Shown here one piece after another: positions 1 through 12,600 of a DNA stretch of 64,000 nucleotides (position 1 is the stretch's first letter; each line of letters opens with the position of its first letter). The translations under genes were made by a program, and so were the position numbers. Under the pieces are notes generated by a model. The model had not been told where the DNA came from and did no database searches. It was given only the letters and a program-made list of their open reading frames with translations. This DNA is from Haliotis cracherodii (taxonomy: Eukaryota). The stretch spans positions 6,696,001 to 6,760,000 of the forward strand of contig NW_027266266.1 in the NCBI RefSeq assembly GCF_022045235.1, given 5' to 3'.

Positions 1-1356
1 GTGTCTCGTGACTTTTGTCTACGGACACTTACTAATTATCCCGATGCCATTTGGCACACACGTCCCATTCCGTAATTCCGAGTGGTGAGAAACGTTCCAA
101 AATGGCGTGAACTGAAAACAGCTACATGTGTCAGACGTCGACCTCGCGAGTACGCATGAATGACATGATATTTAATAATTCGTCGGGTGGATTTTGTGAC
201 AGAAAAGTGTGGTAGGGAACACTCTAAGGATGATGTGGATAATAGTTAGGATCGAGGGAGGCATGAGCATGGCTAGTGATGACACAACGGTGAGTTTGCT
301 TTTGAATAAGTACTGAAAAAATGTAGCCGGTGAAAGTGGCTTGTGTGAATATTCCAGGACAGATTCCAGTAGCCAAAATATTTGACACAAAACCATTTCA
401 TCCTTTTTACTTGATGTTATTCTAAGAAAAATATTAGGAGTCTCTATAGAATCTACAATAGACACTAAACGGGAACGTAACCCTAAGATCGTAAAGGGGT
501 GATTGATCGTAAAGGGGATCCAAGAGCTAAGGATAGAGTTCGGGGTAACCTACCCTAACACTGGCAACATTTGGATGTGTTTAGCGCCAATATAATATAC
601 CAAAGAAACTACATTCCTATGCATAATAATGAAAATGAATGAACAGAAAAAAGAATATATATAGATTAGTTCCCATTTATAACCATTTTAGCCACTTGAA
701 TTACGAAACAGACGAAATAAAAAAATATACTGAAAATAAAAGTGCTTACATAAACTAGCCCTTGCTATAAAATGTGCTCTCAACATAGCTGGGTGTATTT
801 AATGACATTGCATATAGAGATGATAAATCACTGGAAAAAAGTTTATGCACACTCGATGACCCCTGAAATCACAGGGCATTATTTCGCCGGTGTGAAGGGC
901 AATAACATACTGTTGTGTGTGAGACAATCTCCACTTCCGTTGGAGACATTCGGTTTCCCTCGGAACTGTACGGGCAGCCGAGGTAGAAATGCACATGGCC
1001 GAGCGCCCCCGGAAAAGAGGTCGTCTGCAAACGAAGCTTCGAAACAGGTAAAATCCCTAGGTCTCAGCTAGCAGTCGCGGACCGTATTTTAACCTAACAC
1101 TACGCGGATTGGGCTGTGCAATCTTGCCATTAATTGGCGAAACCCTCAGAGCAGCTAATCACTATATTGTTCGCGGAGGTAAAATCACTACAATAGTACA
1201 AATTACATCATAGGGTATTGTCAAGTGTCTGTATTCTAAAGGTAGGCCCAAGTACTTTGCTACAAATAGTAACTTCTGTGGTGGTCATAGTGATTTGATA
1301 CTCCTGACTGACCAATCAGAATCAAGCATTTTCGAAACTCATGGTAGAATTTATTA

Positions 1357-1818
1357 TTTATCATGTTTACAGGCCATGTAGGAATGTTTATCATGTTTAC
1401 AGGCCATATAGGAATGTTTATCATCTTTACAGGCCATGTAGGAATGTTTATCATGTTTACAGGCCATGTAGGAATGTTTATCATGTTTACAGGCCATATA
1501 GGAATGTTTATCATGTTTACAGGCCATATAGGAATGTTTATCATCTTTACAGGCCATGTAGGAATGTTTATCATCTTTACAGGCCATGTAGGAATGTTTA
1601 TCATCTTTACAGGCCATGTAGGAATGTTTATCATCTTTACAGGCCATGTAGGAATGTTTATCATGTTTACAGGCCATGTAGGAATGTTTATCATCTTTAC
1701 AGGCCATGTAGAAATGTTTATCATGTTTACAGGCCATGTAGGAATGTTTATCATGTTTACAGGCCATGTAGGAATGTTTATCATGTTTACAGGCCATGTA
1801 GGAATGTTTATCATGTTT
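1357..1818. repeat. 30 bp minisatellite, ~15 copies
   Basis: Unit ATGTTTATCATGTTTACAGGCCATGTAGGA. Confidence 0.95.
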
Positions 1819-4036
1819 GAGATTCTTGTTTGTGGAACTGCAATGATCCCATCAGCTATATTGAACAACGGGTAAAGATTGTCAACAGGAACATTCTTGG
1901 CTATTTCCGCAATTGTGATACCAAAAAAAACTGAACTTCTTCTGCAGTTGTACGGAATTCAGGTATTGCAAAAATCAGTGCAGCTGATGTCCAAAAATGC
2001 GAACAGCTCAATGAGATCTCGTATAACGGCAGTAAGACAATCTCAACATCCCTTGGCCAATGTCTCCGCATTAGGTCTATTACAAGGCTTTCAGTTGACT
2101 ATAATAGTGTGATACTTTGAGAGATGTCTAATTGAATTTGGCCTATTTCAATGACACCAATTCCCAATCACAACCACAACACACTTCTTCATATCCAGCA
2201 ACACCTAATTACAAAACGAGTTGAATTTTTCAGCACTCGCTAACATCACTTGCTCGGCCGTACCGTCATGCATTGATCATACACAGTCCTACTCACAGAC
2301 AACAGTGGATAAATTAAGCGACGGGCCTTTCATGCCAGAGAACACATTACATCAGATATGTTTGCGTGAAATCGATAATTTACCTACCCCAATTAATCCT
2401 CTGATAAATGCTGTGGACGACGATACGACAGTAAATATACTACGAAGGTCAATGTCATCGTTGACCGATATCTGCCACCATTTTGATAAGTTGCCAAGTT
2501 TGGTGGTCAAGGGGGAGACTACTTTTGTCAGACTAATGTTCGGTGTTCTTTCTCGAACAACCATCCATTTTCAGGATCGAGTCGACGATTTCAAGTGGTT
2601 TTGATAGAAGGCGTATAATTATACATATACATGTTGTTGTATATTTATTTGATATCCTGATCGACCACATCAATTACCTCATGTATATTAAGGAAACAAT
2701 TTTATTGCGACATGAATAGAAAACAGTAAAGTCATAAAGTTGAATTAATTTACAAAAAACAACATTTTGTTAACGTAAATTGACCCTTGTTTCGACTCAA
2801 AACCCAGATTGTGGTTGCTGTAGAACAACTGAAAGCAGAAACTGTAGCTATTCACTAATACATAGGTACTAGTATAACTATTTTTTTACCAATAGGTCAA
2901 AGGTGCTTCAAAGCAAGGCAGTAAACATGTGAAACTTATGCCAGTATGTGAAGAGTTGTCTCCCCTACATGTAAGAATTATTTAGAAGCAATTCGAAATG
3001 TGACCTACAACATAAGGGACCGTATGGGTGAAAAGTCACATTTTAACTTTTCATTATATTTTTTAACTAAAGTGTCTTCGGAACACAAAAATACAATTCA
3101 CAAGCTTAAATTCATATTTATTGCAGAGATACATGACATCAAACGTTTGGACTCATTTTCCGACTTATTAAGCGATCGTGAATATTTGGGGAGATATTAT
3201 TTTGTAGTGAAGACTGAACACAATTCAATTTAAATATACAAAACTATTCATGATCCCTCACAACATAATATTATTCACGTAAGGTATTGAGTGGTTTAGA
3301 ATCCTGATTATTTAAGTATTACTGTAAACCCAATATTTTGTTTTATTTGCTTACGTAATGCTGTTGTATTTCATTGAGAGCTACGAATCTTTGTATGATT
3401 TACATTTATCACATGAAAATTGACAAAATTGATTTTGAAAATTAAATTTTATGATTTTCCGAAGTTATTTAATGATTTAGAAACAATATCGTTTGTCAGA
3501 AACGTCAGTCATTTGAAGATATTTGTCTTCGTCACGACCATCAATCAAAAGGGTGCATTCCATGAACAAATGAAATGAACGTATGGGTGAGTGAGTGAGT
3601 TGTGTTTAACGCCGCTTTTAACAGTATTCCAGTTATATCATGGCGTGTCAGCTTAATGTGGGAGGAAACCCTGAAGTGATGCAGGTCTCAGACGTTTACC
3701 ACTTCGGTGAAACCCACGAGCACGGTATGGTGCTGACAAACCTAGAAACATAATCGGGGCGAACCGAAGGGACGCAACTCTGCACAGCGGATCGCGGCGC
3801 CGGGGGTGGGCCCCCCGTGCCCCCCGTATCACTACACCACAGAGAGGGGACAGTCGGGATACCACCAGGTTTCTGAGATGATCGGAATTTAACTCGTTGT
3901 ACAGCACCAAACTTTGTCAGTTGTCTAAGTGCCCAGGCTCTTATTATGGCGATTATGGTACTTGTAATACCGCTTGACCTGACATGTTTTCTTTTTATTT
4001 CCCATGTATCTATCTACAATCATTTTAACATGTTTA

Positions 4037-4314
4037 CGGGGGCACAGGTGGCCCAGTTGTCTTAGGCGCCACGATTCACTGTGCAGAGTTGCGTCCCTTG
4101 GGAACGCCAGAAACCTATGATTGTAGGTTCGAGTCCCGGTTCGCCCCGATTATGTTTCTAGGTTTGTCAGCACCATACCCGTGCTCGTGGGTTTCACCGA
4201 AGTGGTAAACGTCTGAGACCTGCATCACCTCGGACTTTCCTCCCACATTAAGCTGACACGCCGCGATATAACTGTAATACTGTTAAAGGCGGCGTTAAAC
4301 CCAACTCACTCACT
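4037..4314 (+). mobile_element. SINE family A (tRNA-Leu-like head, (ACTC)n tail, ~280 bp)
   Basis: A box TGGCCCAGT, B box GGTTCGAGTCC. Further copies at ~3586-3826(-), 11597-11716(-), 17347-17627(-), 23986-24266(-), 33319-33599(-), 38898-39131(-), 43555-43824(+), 44763-45033(+), 46533-46809(+), 59386-59600(-). Confidence 0.85.
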
Positions 4315-5238
4315 CTGGGACATTCAACTGAGGAGCAATAGGAAATTTACCTCAAAGTTGATTTGATCATGGTTGATTTTCAAATTGAAAATATCTTAAG
4401 CGACATTATATCCCCAAAATGGACTATACTAGCGCTTAGTCAGCATTCAAAGAATACTTCAACACGGTTTTATTTGTTTATTTAAAAAAAACAAATTTGA
4501 TTTAAAACTTTTAAAAAATTAAAAATCGCATAATACACAATTGTTGGTGGGTGTCTTAGACATCTTATCTTTGAAAGTCAATAAATATTTTAGGAACAAA
4601 TTTACATTTCAAACATAGTGGGGTCGTTGGTTGATGCATGTCACCGTATCCCAAATTACGTGGACCGATGCTCATGACGTCAATCACTGGATTGTCTGGT
4701 GCAGACTCGATTATTTACAGATCGCCGTCTTATAGCTGGAATATTGCTGAGTGCAACGTTAAACAACAAACAAACAAACATGATCACATTCCAGTTCCAT
4801 ATTACAATTTTTCTGCCGCTTTCAGGCATCTTCCCCAGGCAAGGGAGCTAACTGACTGTAAAAGCCCAGCTTCTTTCTACAGTCAGTCAACTCCCTTGCC
4901 TCTGGAGGATGCTTTGCGCCTGACATGTCGTTCATCGGATGTTTACATCACGACTAAAACACGAATGCTATTATCTACAACCCTCTAGTGCACGTGCGTT
5001 GCAGGCACACGTGACGTTGCAGTTGAATAATTTGCATACTCCCATATGCAAAGGGTCGGCTTATGGTTCTCGGTAAGACGTAACGACATCAATGGCTTGC
5101 GGTGTATACATTTCTACTTTATACAGGTAGATATATACATGCAAAAAACACCGTGCTCCAGGTCAGCACATAGTGGTAGTGGTTGTTGTCTTGGTGCCCT
5201 GGAGCACCCCGCCTGACCGTAGCTAGGCTGAGGGTAAG

Positions 5239-5278
<40 letters not shown>

Positions 5279-5865
5279 CAGGATGACAGACAGTGGACGT
5301 ACAATGCAATAGGGATTAACAGTTTGGGTTAGCATCTTATTAATAACAGCAATTGCGTTTTTCAAGGCATTTAGATGTCATGGCTCCAGGGTAATTACCC
5401 TTTGGAATTTAATGTTCATTCAGACAATGGGCGCCCCAAATTCGCTATGGCTGTATTATTGTAGACCAGGTTTAGCGCTAGTCCACCCGACAGGGAGCAT
5501 GAGGCAGAGTAGTCAGACGCTCTACACTGTTATGCTCTAAGTAGTATAGATTTCCACACCCGAAGTGACAGCTTTGATCGGTTGTTATTACGATATTTGC
5601 ATTTTGTTTTCATTCATTTTCTGTAGCATGGACAGAATCATTCTTGTTCCTCTACGTTTTCGTTGGGAAGTTCTTCGATGCGAGACAGACAACACTCAGT
5701 TGTTGTTTTCACAGTCCTTGGTTTGTAGGCGTGTATATGTTACAGTCAATGTGATTCAACTAGGCAATATATAAAATATATAAATATTGTATGTCATTTT
5801 TCAGTTAATTTGAAATAACTGATTATGTAGGCGTTTAATAACATGCCTAAGTGAAAATGTTATTC

Positions 5866-6318
5866 CAATCTCATTAAAATCAGATCTTAGTTCTCGCAAC
5901 CGCTAAACAAAGATCTGAGGACATCCCATTGCTGGTCATGTCAGAACGACCTTTCATCTGACCAATCAGAGCATCGCTTAGAAGATCATGAAAGTGTCAG
6001 TTGGAATGTGATTTTTTTTATCGTGCAACCTAAAAAACACAAAGGGTATTAGCCATTCCAGAATGTTCTTTTGTTCAGTTTTTAATTTTTTAATCGAGTA
6101 TATGTCAAAATATGTTTTGAATCGTAGTCGCCAGTGGGAAACTCGTGATGTAAAGCTCGATTAGGCTGCCTTCTGATTGGCTATTGCCGACTTCTTGTTA
6201 GTTATTCCATTGGTCGGTAAAAGTTCGCGAAAATTCGTTCCGACGTGACCCGTAATGGGATGTCCTCAGATCTTTGTTTAGCGATAGCGAGAACTAAGAT
6301 CTGATTTTAATGAGATTG
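5866..6318. mobile_element. MITE with ~65 bp TIRs (CAATCTCATTAAAATCAG...)
   Basis: Near-perfect inverted repeats at 5866-5930 and 6254-6318; no clean TSD. Confidence 0.8.
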
Positions 6319-6477
6319 ACCCATTCTCTTCTTCAATGCGACGTCTCGTTGCTTGGTGATTGTACCGTTATGAAGTAAGTACCCAAAAATAACAAGAAAA
6401 AAGAACTCTGGATTTATTGCACTGATCCACAGATGTTCAAATAAATACATAACAACAAAACACTTTTGAAAAAGATG

Positions 6478-6685
6478 TCACACAGAGGTGTGATAAACAA
6501 CTTTGTAAACTGGTTTCACATGCGCAGAACCAGGTTTGTGGACTGCGGCTGCGCTTGGAAAAGGTGGCCGTGGTTCCGGTGGAGTACTTCCGGTGGCTTG
6601 GGGACTGCAAGGTTTCTTCTTCACGGCCTTGGGATTATTGTTCTGAATCTGAAGACGCTGGACCATCAACGGCGGGAGTGGGAAC
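6478..6685 (-). CDS. TSSK-like terminal exon 12
   Basis: ctttcatcag|(E)[11 protein letters not shown]...VYHTSV*; phase matches exon 11; polyA signal ~60 nt downstream. Confidence 0.7.
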
Positions 6686-9600
6686 CTGATGAAAGCAAAG
6701 ATTGAGCGAGACTGCTGTTTCATTCCACCTAGGGGTTGATAGCATGACAGCCTTAAACACCATACTTCACTGGTGCTCAGAGCGTGTCGCTAGTCCTGCT
6801 TGAACAGGACAAATATGTTTTCTATGTTTAGATTAATTATTATTCAGTTCCAGTTTGTAGCAAAGTTGAAGAATTGAGACCTGGTTCAGAATAATAACCT
6901 TCAAATGCTACCAGTAAATGACGACAACCATTGGATTTGTCCTCGGCACAAGTAAATAGTCTCGAACTAACGTGAATTTCGAAGGCAACCATGGTTAACA
7001 CGCACGCCTTTTGCAATCCGTTCATTATCGACCAAATTGTATTTGCATACTGTTCAATCAAGCTAGCTGGAGTGAATTCAACCAGATTCTCCATATTACA
7101 AATAGTATGTCGCACATACCCTATTAGTATCATTTCTCCTTACACCCATTCCTTATTGTAACGCTATAGCTCTAAACGAAGCAAGTCTAGGTTTTCCACA
7201 GGTTCAGCTTTGAATCTCCCATTACACTGGGGCTCCCTTTCAATTTAAATGGAGTTTCAATTTAAATGGAGAGACTAAGCTTTAGTCGATATTGCACAGG
7301 ACAATGACGTTTTTGCAAGCGGCGGGGAGATCGAGGTATGAAATAGGCATATAATAACAGAGTATATAATAAACTGAATAATTGAATAATTGGACTTTGA
7401 CTGGAAATATCAACTGACCATGGGCCCTTAATCAATTTATATTCGTCTCCACATGTTAAGCTAGTTTTTACATATTCACTTGAAAATACTTCATCGTCAG
7501 AAGCTCAAGTTCAAATGTCCTACCGTGAAGATCCGCGTTAGAATTGGTCTTCAGCAACCCATGATTGTCGTAACGGATCGACTAACGGATCTGTTTATTA
7601 CAGTAAACTACAGTTATAACGAACACGCTTATAACGAACTGACGGATATAACGAACTAACTTTTTAGTCCCGACTATTTGCTGTAGTTATGCTGTATATA
7701 TGCTTATAACGAACTACGGTTATAACGAACTAAAAATAGTAGTACCTTTGAGTTCGTTATAACCGTAGTTTACTGTACTACAAACTGCCATCACATGACT
7801 TGCATAATGCTGAGTGCAGCGTTAAAAGAGAAACAAACAACTAAAGAGGCGACTAACAGATCCGGTGGTCAGGTCGCTGACTTTGTCTGGTCCAGACTCG
7901 GTTATTGACAGACCGCCGTCATATAGCTGGAATATTGCTGAGTCGGCGTTAAAGTGAGTGAGTGAGTGAGTATGGTTTTACGCCGCTTTTAGCAATATTC
8001 CAGCAACATCACGGCTGGGGACACCAGAAATGGGCTTCACACATTGTATCCATGTCGAGAATCGAACCCGGATCTTCAGCGTGACGAGCGAACAATTTAA
8101 CCACTAGGCTACCCGACCACCCGAGTCGGCGTTAAACAACAAACAAACAAACAAACAAACAAAACCAAAAACAAACATACTCATTAAGGTATGCTGGCAT
8201 GTTCGGACCATAAATTTTGAGGAACCTTTCTCTGCAGCTTTTGGATCTATTGGCGGAAGAACGACTTTCCTGTGGTTGTTGTGTGTCGGCAGCATCAGTG
8301 ACAGGAGTTGCGTCCCCCTGGAAAGAGTAAAGACATGGTGTGGTTCGAGGACCCCTCCCTTGGAGAAGGTTGGTTGGTTTGTTGTTTAACGCCGCAATAT
8401 TCCAGCTATATAATCCAGTGATTATTATCATGAGCATCGATCCACGCAATTGGGATCGATGACTTGCATCAACCAAGTCAGCGAGCCAGACCACCCGATC
8501 CCGTTAGTCGCCTTTTACGACAAGCATAGTCACCTTTTACGGCAAGCATGGGTTGCTGAAGACCTATTCTACCCTGGAATCTTCACGGGTCTATGAGTGA
8601 AGTCGATATGAATGAATTTGCCAAATGAGCCAAACGCTCAAGGGATGCAACTCCGCACAGCAAATAGCAGCGCGAAGGGCAACCCCTACAGTTTTGTATA
8701 TTTATGTGGACAACTGTAAAACCCGAAATATCATATTCTCATTTTGCTGAAGACCTATTCTACCCCCGAATCTTCACGTGTCCCTTGGAGAAGGAGAAAG
8801 GAAGGTAAACATTGTTAGTTTAAAAACACATTATCACTCATCTAATATCACCTAAAATGTTAATAACGTGGTTATCATGAACTCATAAGCGGGATACGAT
8901 ATGGCTTTAGCAACCCATGCTTGCCGTAACAGGCGACTATGCTTGTCATAAGAGGCGACTAACGGGATCGGGTGGTCAGGCTGGCTGACTTGGTTGATGC
9001 ATGTCATCGTATCCCAATTGCGTAGATCGATGCTCATGATGTCAATAATTGGATTTTCTGATCTAGACTCGTCCATTTACAGACTGCTGTCATATAGCTG
9101 GGATATGGGACGTTGAGCAACAAACAAACAAACAAACAAACACGTGATGGAGCAACATGGTAAATGTATACAAACATGTGAAATAGTGATATCTAGTATG
9201 GCTTCCAGCTGGTTACTAGGTGAGGTGAGGTGAAATGGGGATTAACGTCGCGTCCAAGATTATTGCACGTATATAGCAACGTGCATGCACGTGTATGTGT
9301 GTGTGGCTGCTTGTACTAGTCCGGACTGATGCCGATTTATAGTGCAAGCACACTGAGATACCATGCCGCAGTTTAACATGAATACTAGTACCCCACTCAG
9401 ACATAGTATACTGACTCCGAGCCAACCAGTCCTTGTCCAGACAGGGTAACAAGAAGTACCATCTTTTAACGTCTTTTGGTATGACGCGGCTGGGGATCGA
9501 ACCCCAGACCTTCCGCTCTTCGGGCGGACGCTCTACCACAAGACCACGGAGGCGGTCCAGCTGTCAACTAAGTTTCACTATAATGTAGACTAGAACATAA

Positions 9601-12600
9601 AGTCGATTTTAACATTTACTTCCCACGACATAATAATTGTATTCACTCACGGCTTCTACTTCGGGGGTTGCTGTCTCGCTGCTCTTTGACAGGTTGTCCA
9701 TGAGGGCACTCTTCGTGGTGTCGCCGTGGAGCTTCACTACTCCCCCGCCGTTCTTCGCGCCCCTCGCGTAAGTCTTGTACCGCTTCCTTGGCCCGCTAGA
9801 GGGCACTGCAGTGCAGCCCATCTGGCGACTTCCGGTGTTACCATCGTGTTGACCGGTAGAGTCGTTGAACCTATGACCATTCTGTTTACAGCTGTTTTGT
9901 AGGATCTGTGGAACAGGATATGACCCGTGTACATTTATCTAAACAATCAAATATATTCTGATACTTTTTGTACAATAACAGTTCGACCGGATGTCATGGC
10001 TTCAGAATTGTTCACTTTAAAGGGGCACTTATCGCTGGCTTCTTCTCGGCTGTCTAACACTGCCCGCTTGGGCTCATTAGCTGCCGTGTGTCGATTTGCT
10101 CGCTTACGCAACAGGGGAATTGCTGTAGATCAGTGCCCCTTTTTAACCATTTTTGACTTGAATCCCCAATTTCCCCCGATTATGACCCACGGTCTATCGG
10201 TTCATTAACATATTCAAACTCGTAACGTTTCCTCGAACATTCAGACGACAAGCTGGGATAGCTGGAATATGCAGCCCCAAACGCAACTTGCATAATCAAT
10301 CAGTCACTCTCTGGGTTTCTGTTCTTAAGGGGACCAGTCGTCTAAGGCGCCGCAAATCACTATGCAGGGTTTCGTAAACCTACGACTGTGGGTTAGAATC
10401 CTGGTCCTCCCGATTATGTTCCTAGGTTTGTCAGTTCCATACACGTGCTCTAGGGTTTTACTAAAGGCGACTATGCTTGTCGTAAGAAGCGACTGACGGG
10501 ATCGGCTCACTGACTTGGTTGATGCATGTCATCGTATCCCAATTGCGTTGATCGATGCTCATGATATCAATCACTGGCTTGTCTGGTCCAGACTCAATTA
10601 TTGACAGACCGCCGTCATATGGCTTGAATATTGCTGAGTGCGGCGTTAGACAAAAAACAAACAAACAACAACGTAAGAGCAAACAACTGTCCTCATTAGT
10701 CATACATTAACCATGTATGCTGATCATTCATATATGTTACACGTCCGACATAATGGTTACACGTTTAATGTCTAACCTCTAGAGTGAGGTGAGGTGAAAT
10801 TGGGTTTAACGTCGCGTCCAAGATTATTGCACTTATATAGCGACGTGCATGCACGTGTATGTGTGTGTGTGGCTGCTTGTACTAGTCCGGACTGATGCCG
10901 ATTTATAGTGCTAGCTCACTGAGATACCATGCCGCAGTTTAACATGAATACCCCACTCAGACACAGTATACTGACTCCGAGCCGACCAGTCCTTGTTTTA
11001 GCCCCTTAATGCCGAGCGCCAGACAGGGTAACAACAAGTACAATCTTTTAACGTCTTTTTGTATGACGCGGCCCGGGATCGAACCCTGGACCTTCCGCTC
11101 TCCGGGCGGACGCTCTACCACAGGACCACGGAGGCGGTCACCTCTAGAGTGATATGTATCTGACACGGCACGACACGAACACAAATAGCTCACCTTGTAC
11201 ACATACCACAGTGGCACTCTCATCTGGCCGTGTTGTCGTCCAGCCTTCTGACGTGTTGCTCTCTCTTTGGCCAATTCTAGCAACTGCGTCAGACGAGCCG
11301 TGGACTGTGATTGGCCCTTAAGCTTCCTTGGCGGTGCCGTCCTACCGCGTCTTCTAGGCAACTGTTTGTCTTCCTGTCTTCTCTCCTTCTCGGTCTTCGG
11401 CCATGTTTGTGGGCGTGGTTCGACTCCTTGGTACTCTTAAACACAGCACTCCAATACAACTTACTGATATGTGAAGATCCATCCGTGATGATCCGATTAT
11501 TTACAGACCGCCGTCTAATAGCTGGAATATTGCTGAGTGCGGCGTTGAACAACAAACAAACATGCGAAGATCATTCTGGGGTTTTGGTTTCTAACAGTGA
11601 GTGAGTGAGTGAGTTGGGTATAACGCCGCTTTTTAACATTATTCCAGTTATATCGCGGCGTGTCAGCTTAATGTGGGAGGAAAGCCCGAAGTGATGCAGG
11701 TCTCGGACGTTTACCAGTTTCTAACAGTGACCCGTTTCAGTCTCGCCCTTTTTCTTTTCGGGCTTTTGGTGTTGTCTTTGTAAAAGGTGGACTGGGATTG
11801 GGACATGTGGCAGTCCGTTAAAAAACAAGATTGTTGTTTAAAAACAACTAACATGGCACTAATTAAAACTATATAAATCTATAGGGGTTGTCTACATGCC
11901 ATAATAACTACACGACATTGTTTTCATTCAGTGTTTTTGTGTTTGTATGATGCGACACTAGACCACTCAAGTGCGGATCAAACATTTTCAAAAGTGACTA
12001 CATTTGGTTTTATAAAGGGGGAGGGGGGTGTCCGGATAACAAGATAACAGGCAGTTATACAGGTTATATGTGCCCACGTTCAGATGACCAACTCACCGTC
12101 TTGACATTTGCAAGTCTACCTTATTTTATGACACACGTGGACGGTTCTGGGCCCACTTGCACAAAGTGATCTTAGCGCTAAGATGGCCGTAACTACCATA
12201 GGCTTAAGATAATCTTAACTCTAAGATGGTTTTGTGCAAGTGGGCCCTGGTATGTGACTCACTCGTTTCATAAAATTGGTTTTACATGGGAGCTCGTTTA
12301 GTATTCGATATGTATCATCCCAAAACTGGCGTCCAAAGGAGATATCCCATCTTCCCCAAGCTCCTCACAGCGATAGCCCGTTCGCGAAGCTCTCTATTCT
12401 ATCGCTGCCACCAGTCAAAACTCCCCACTGTGATAGGTGACCCAAACCATGCTTGGAGTTGAACTCGCAATCGAATGACCGTTATGTTTACAAACAAGTG
12501 ACGACTGTCGTGGCACCGAATATACTTACCCCTGCTAAATTACTTGTCTTTGTTTGTCAATTTGAATCTCTATTTCACTAAAACTATCGTGTTATTGATA

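Noticed and set aside
1260-1875. Four overlapping repetitive ORFs
   Set aside because: They are produced by a stop-free 30 bp minisatellite; no recognisable domain or splice support.
1820-2604. Possible decayed coding region
   Set aside because: Short frames on both strands with no recognisable motif or consistent exon chain.
11717-11792. Extra kinase exon (purine-rich stretch after cccag on the minus strand)
   Set aside because: It has no good donor, a stop in the required phase, and an adjacent SINE insertion; exons 8 and 9 join in frame without it.
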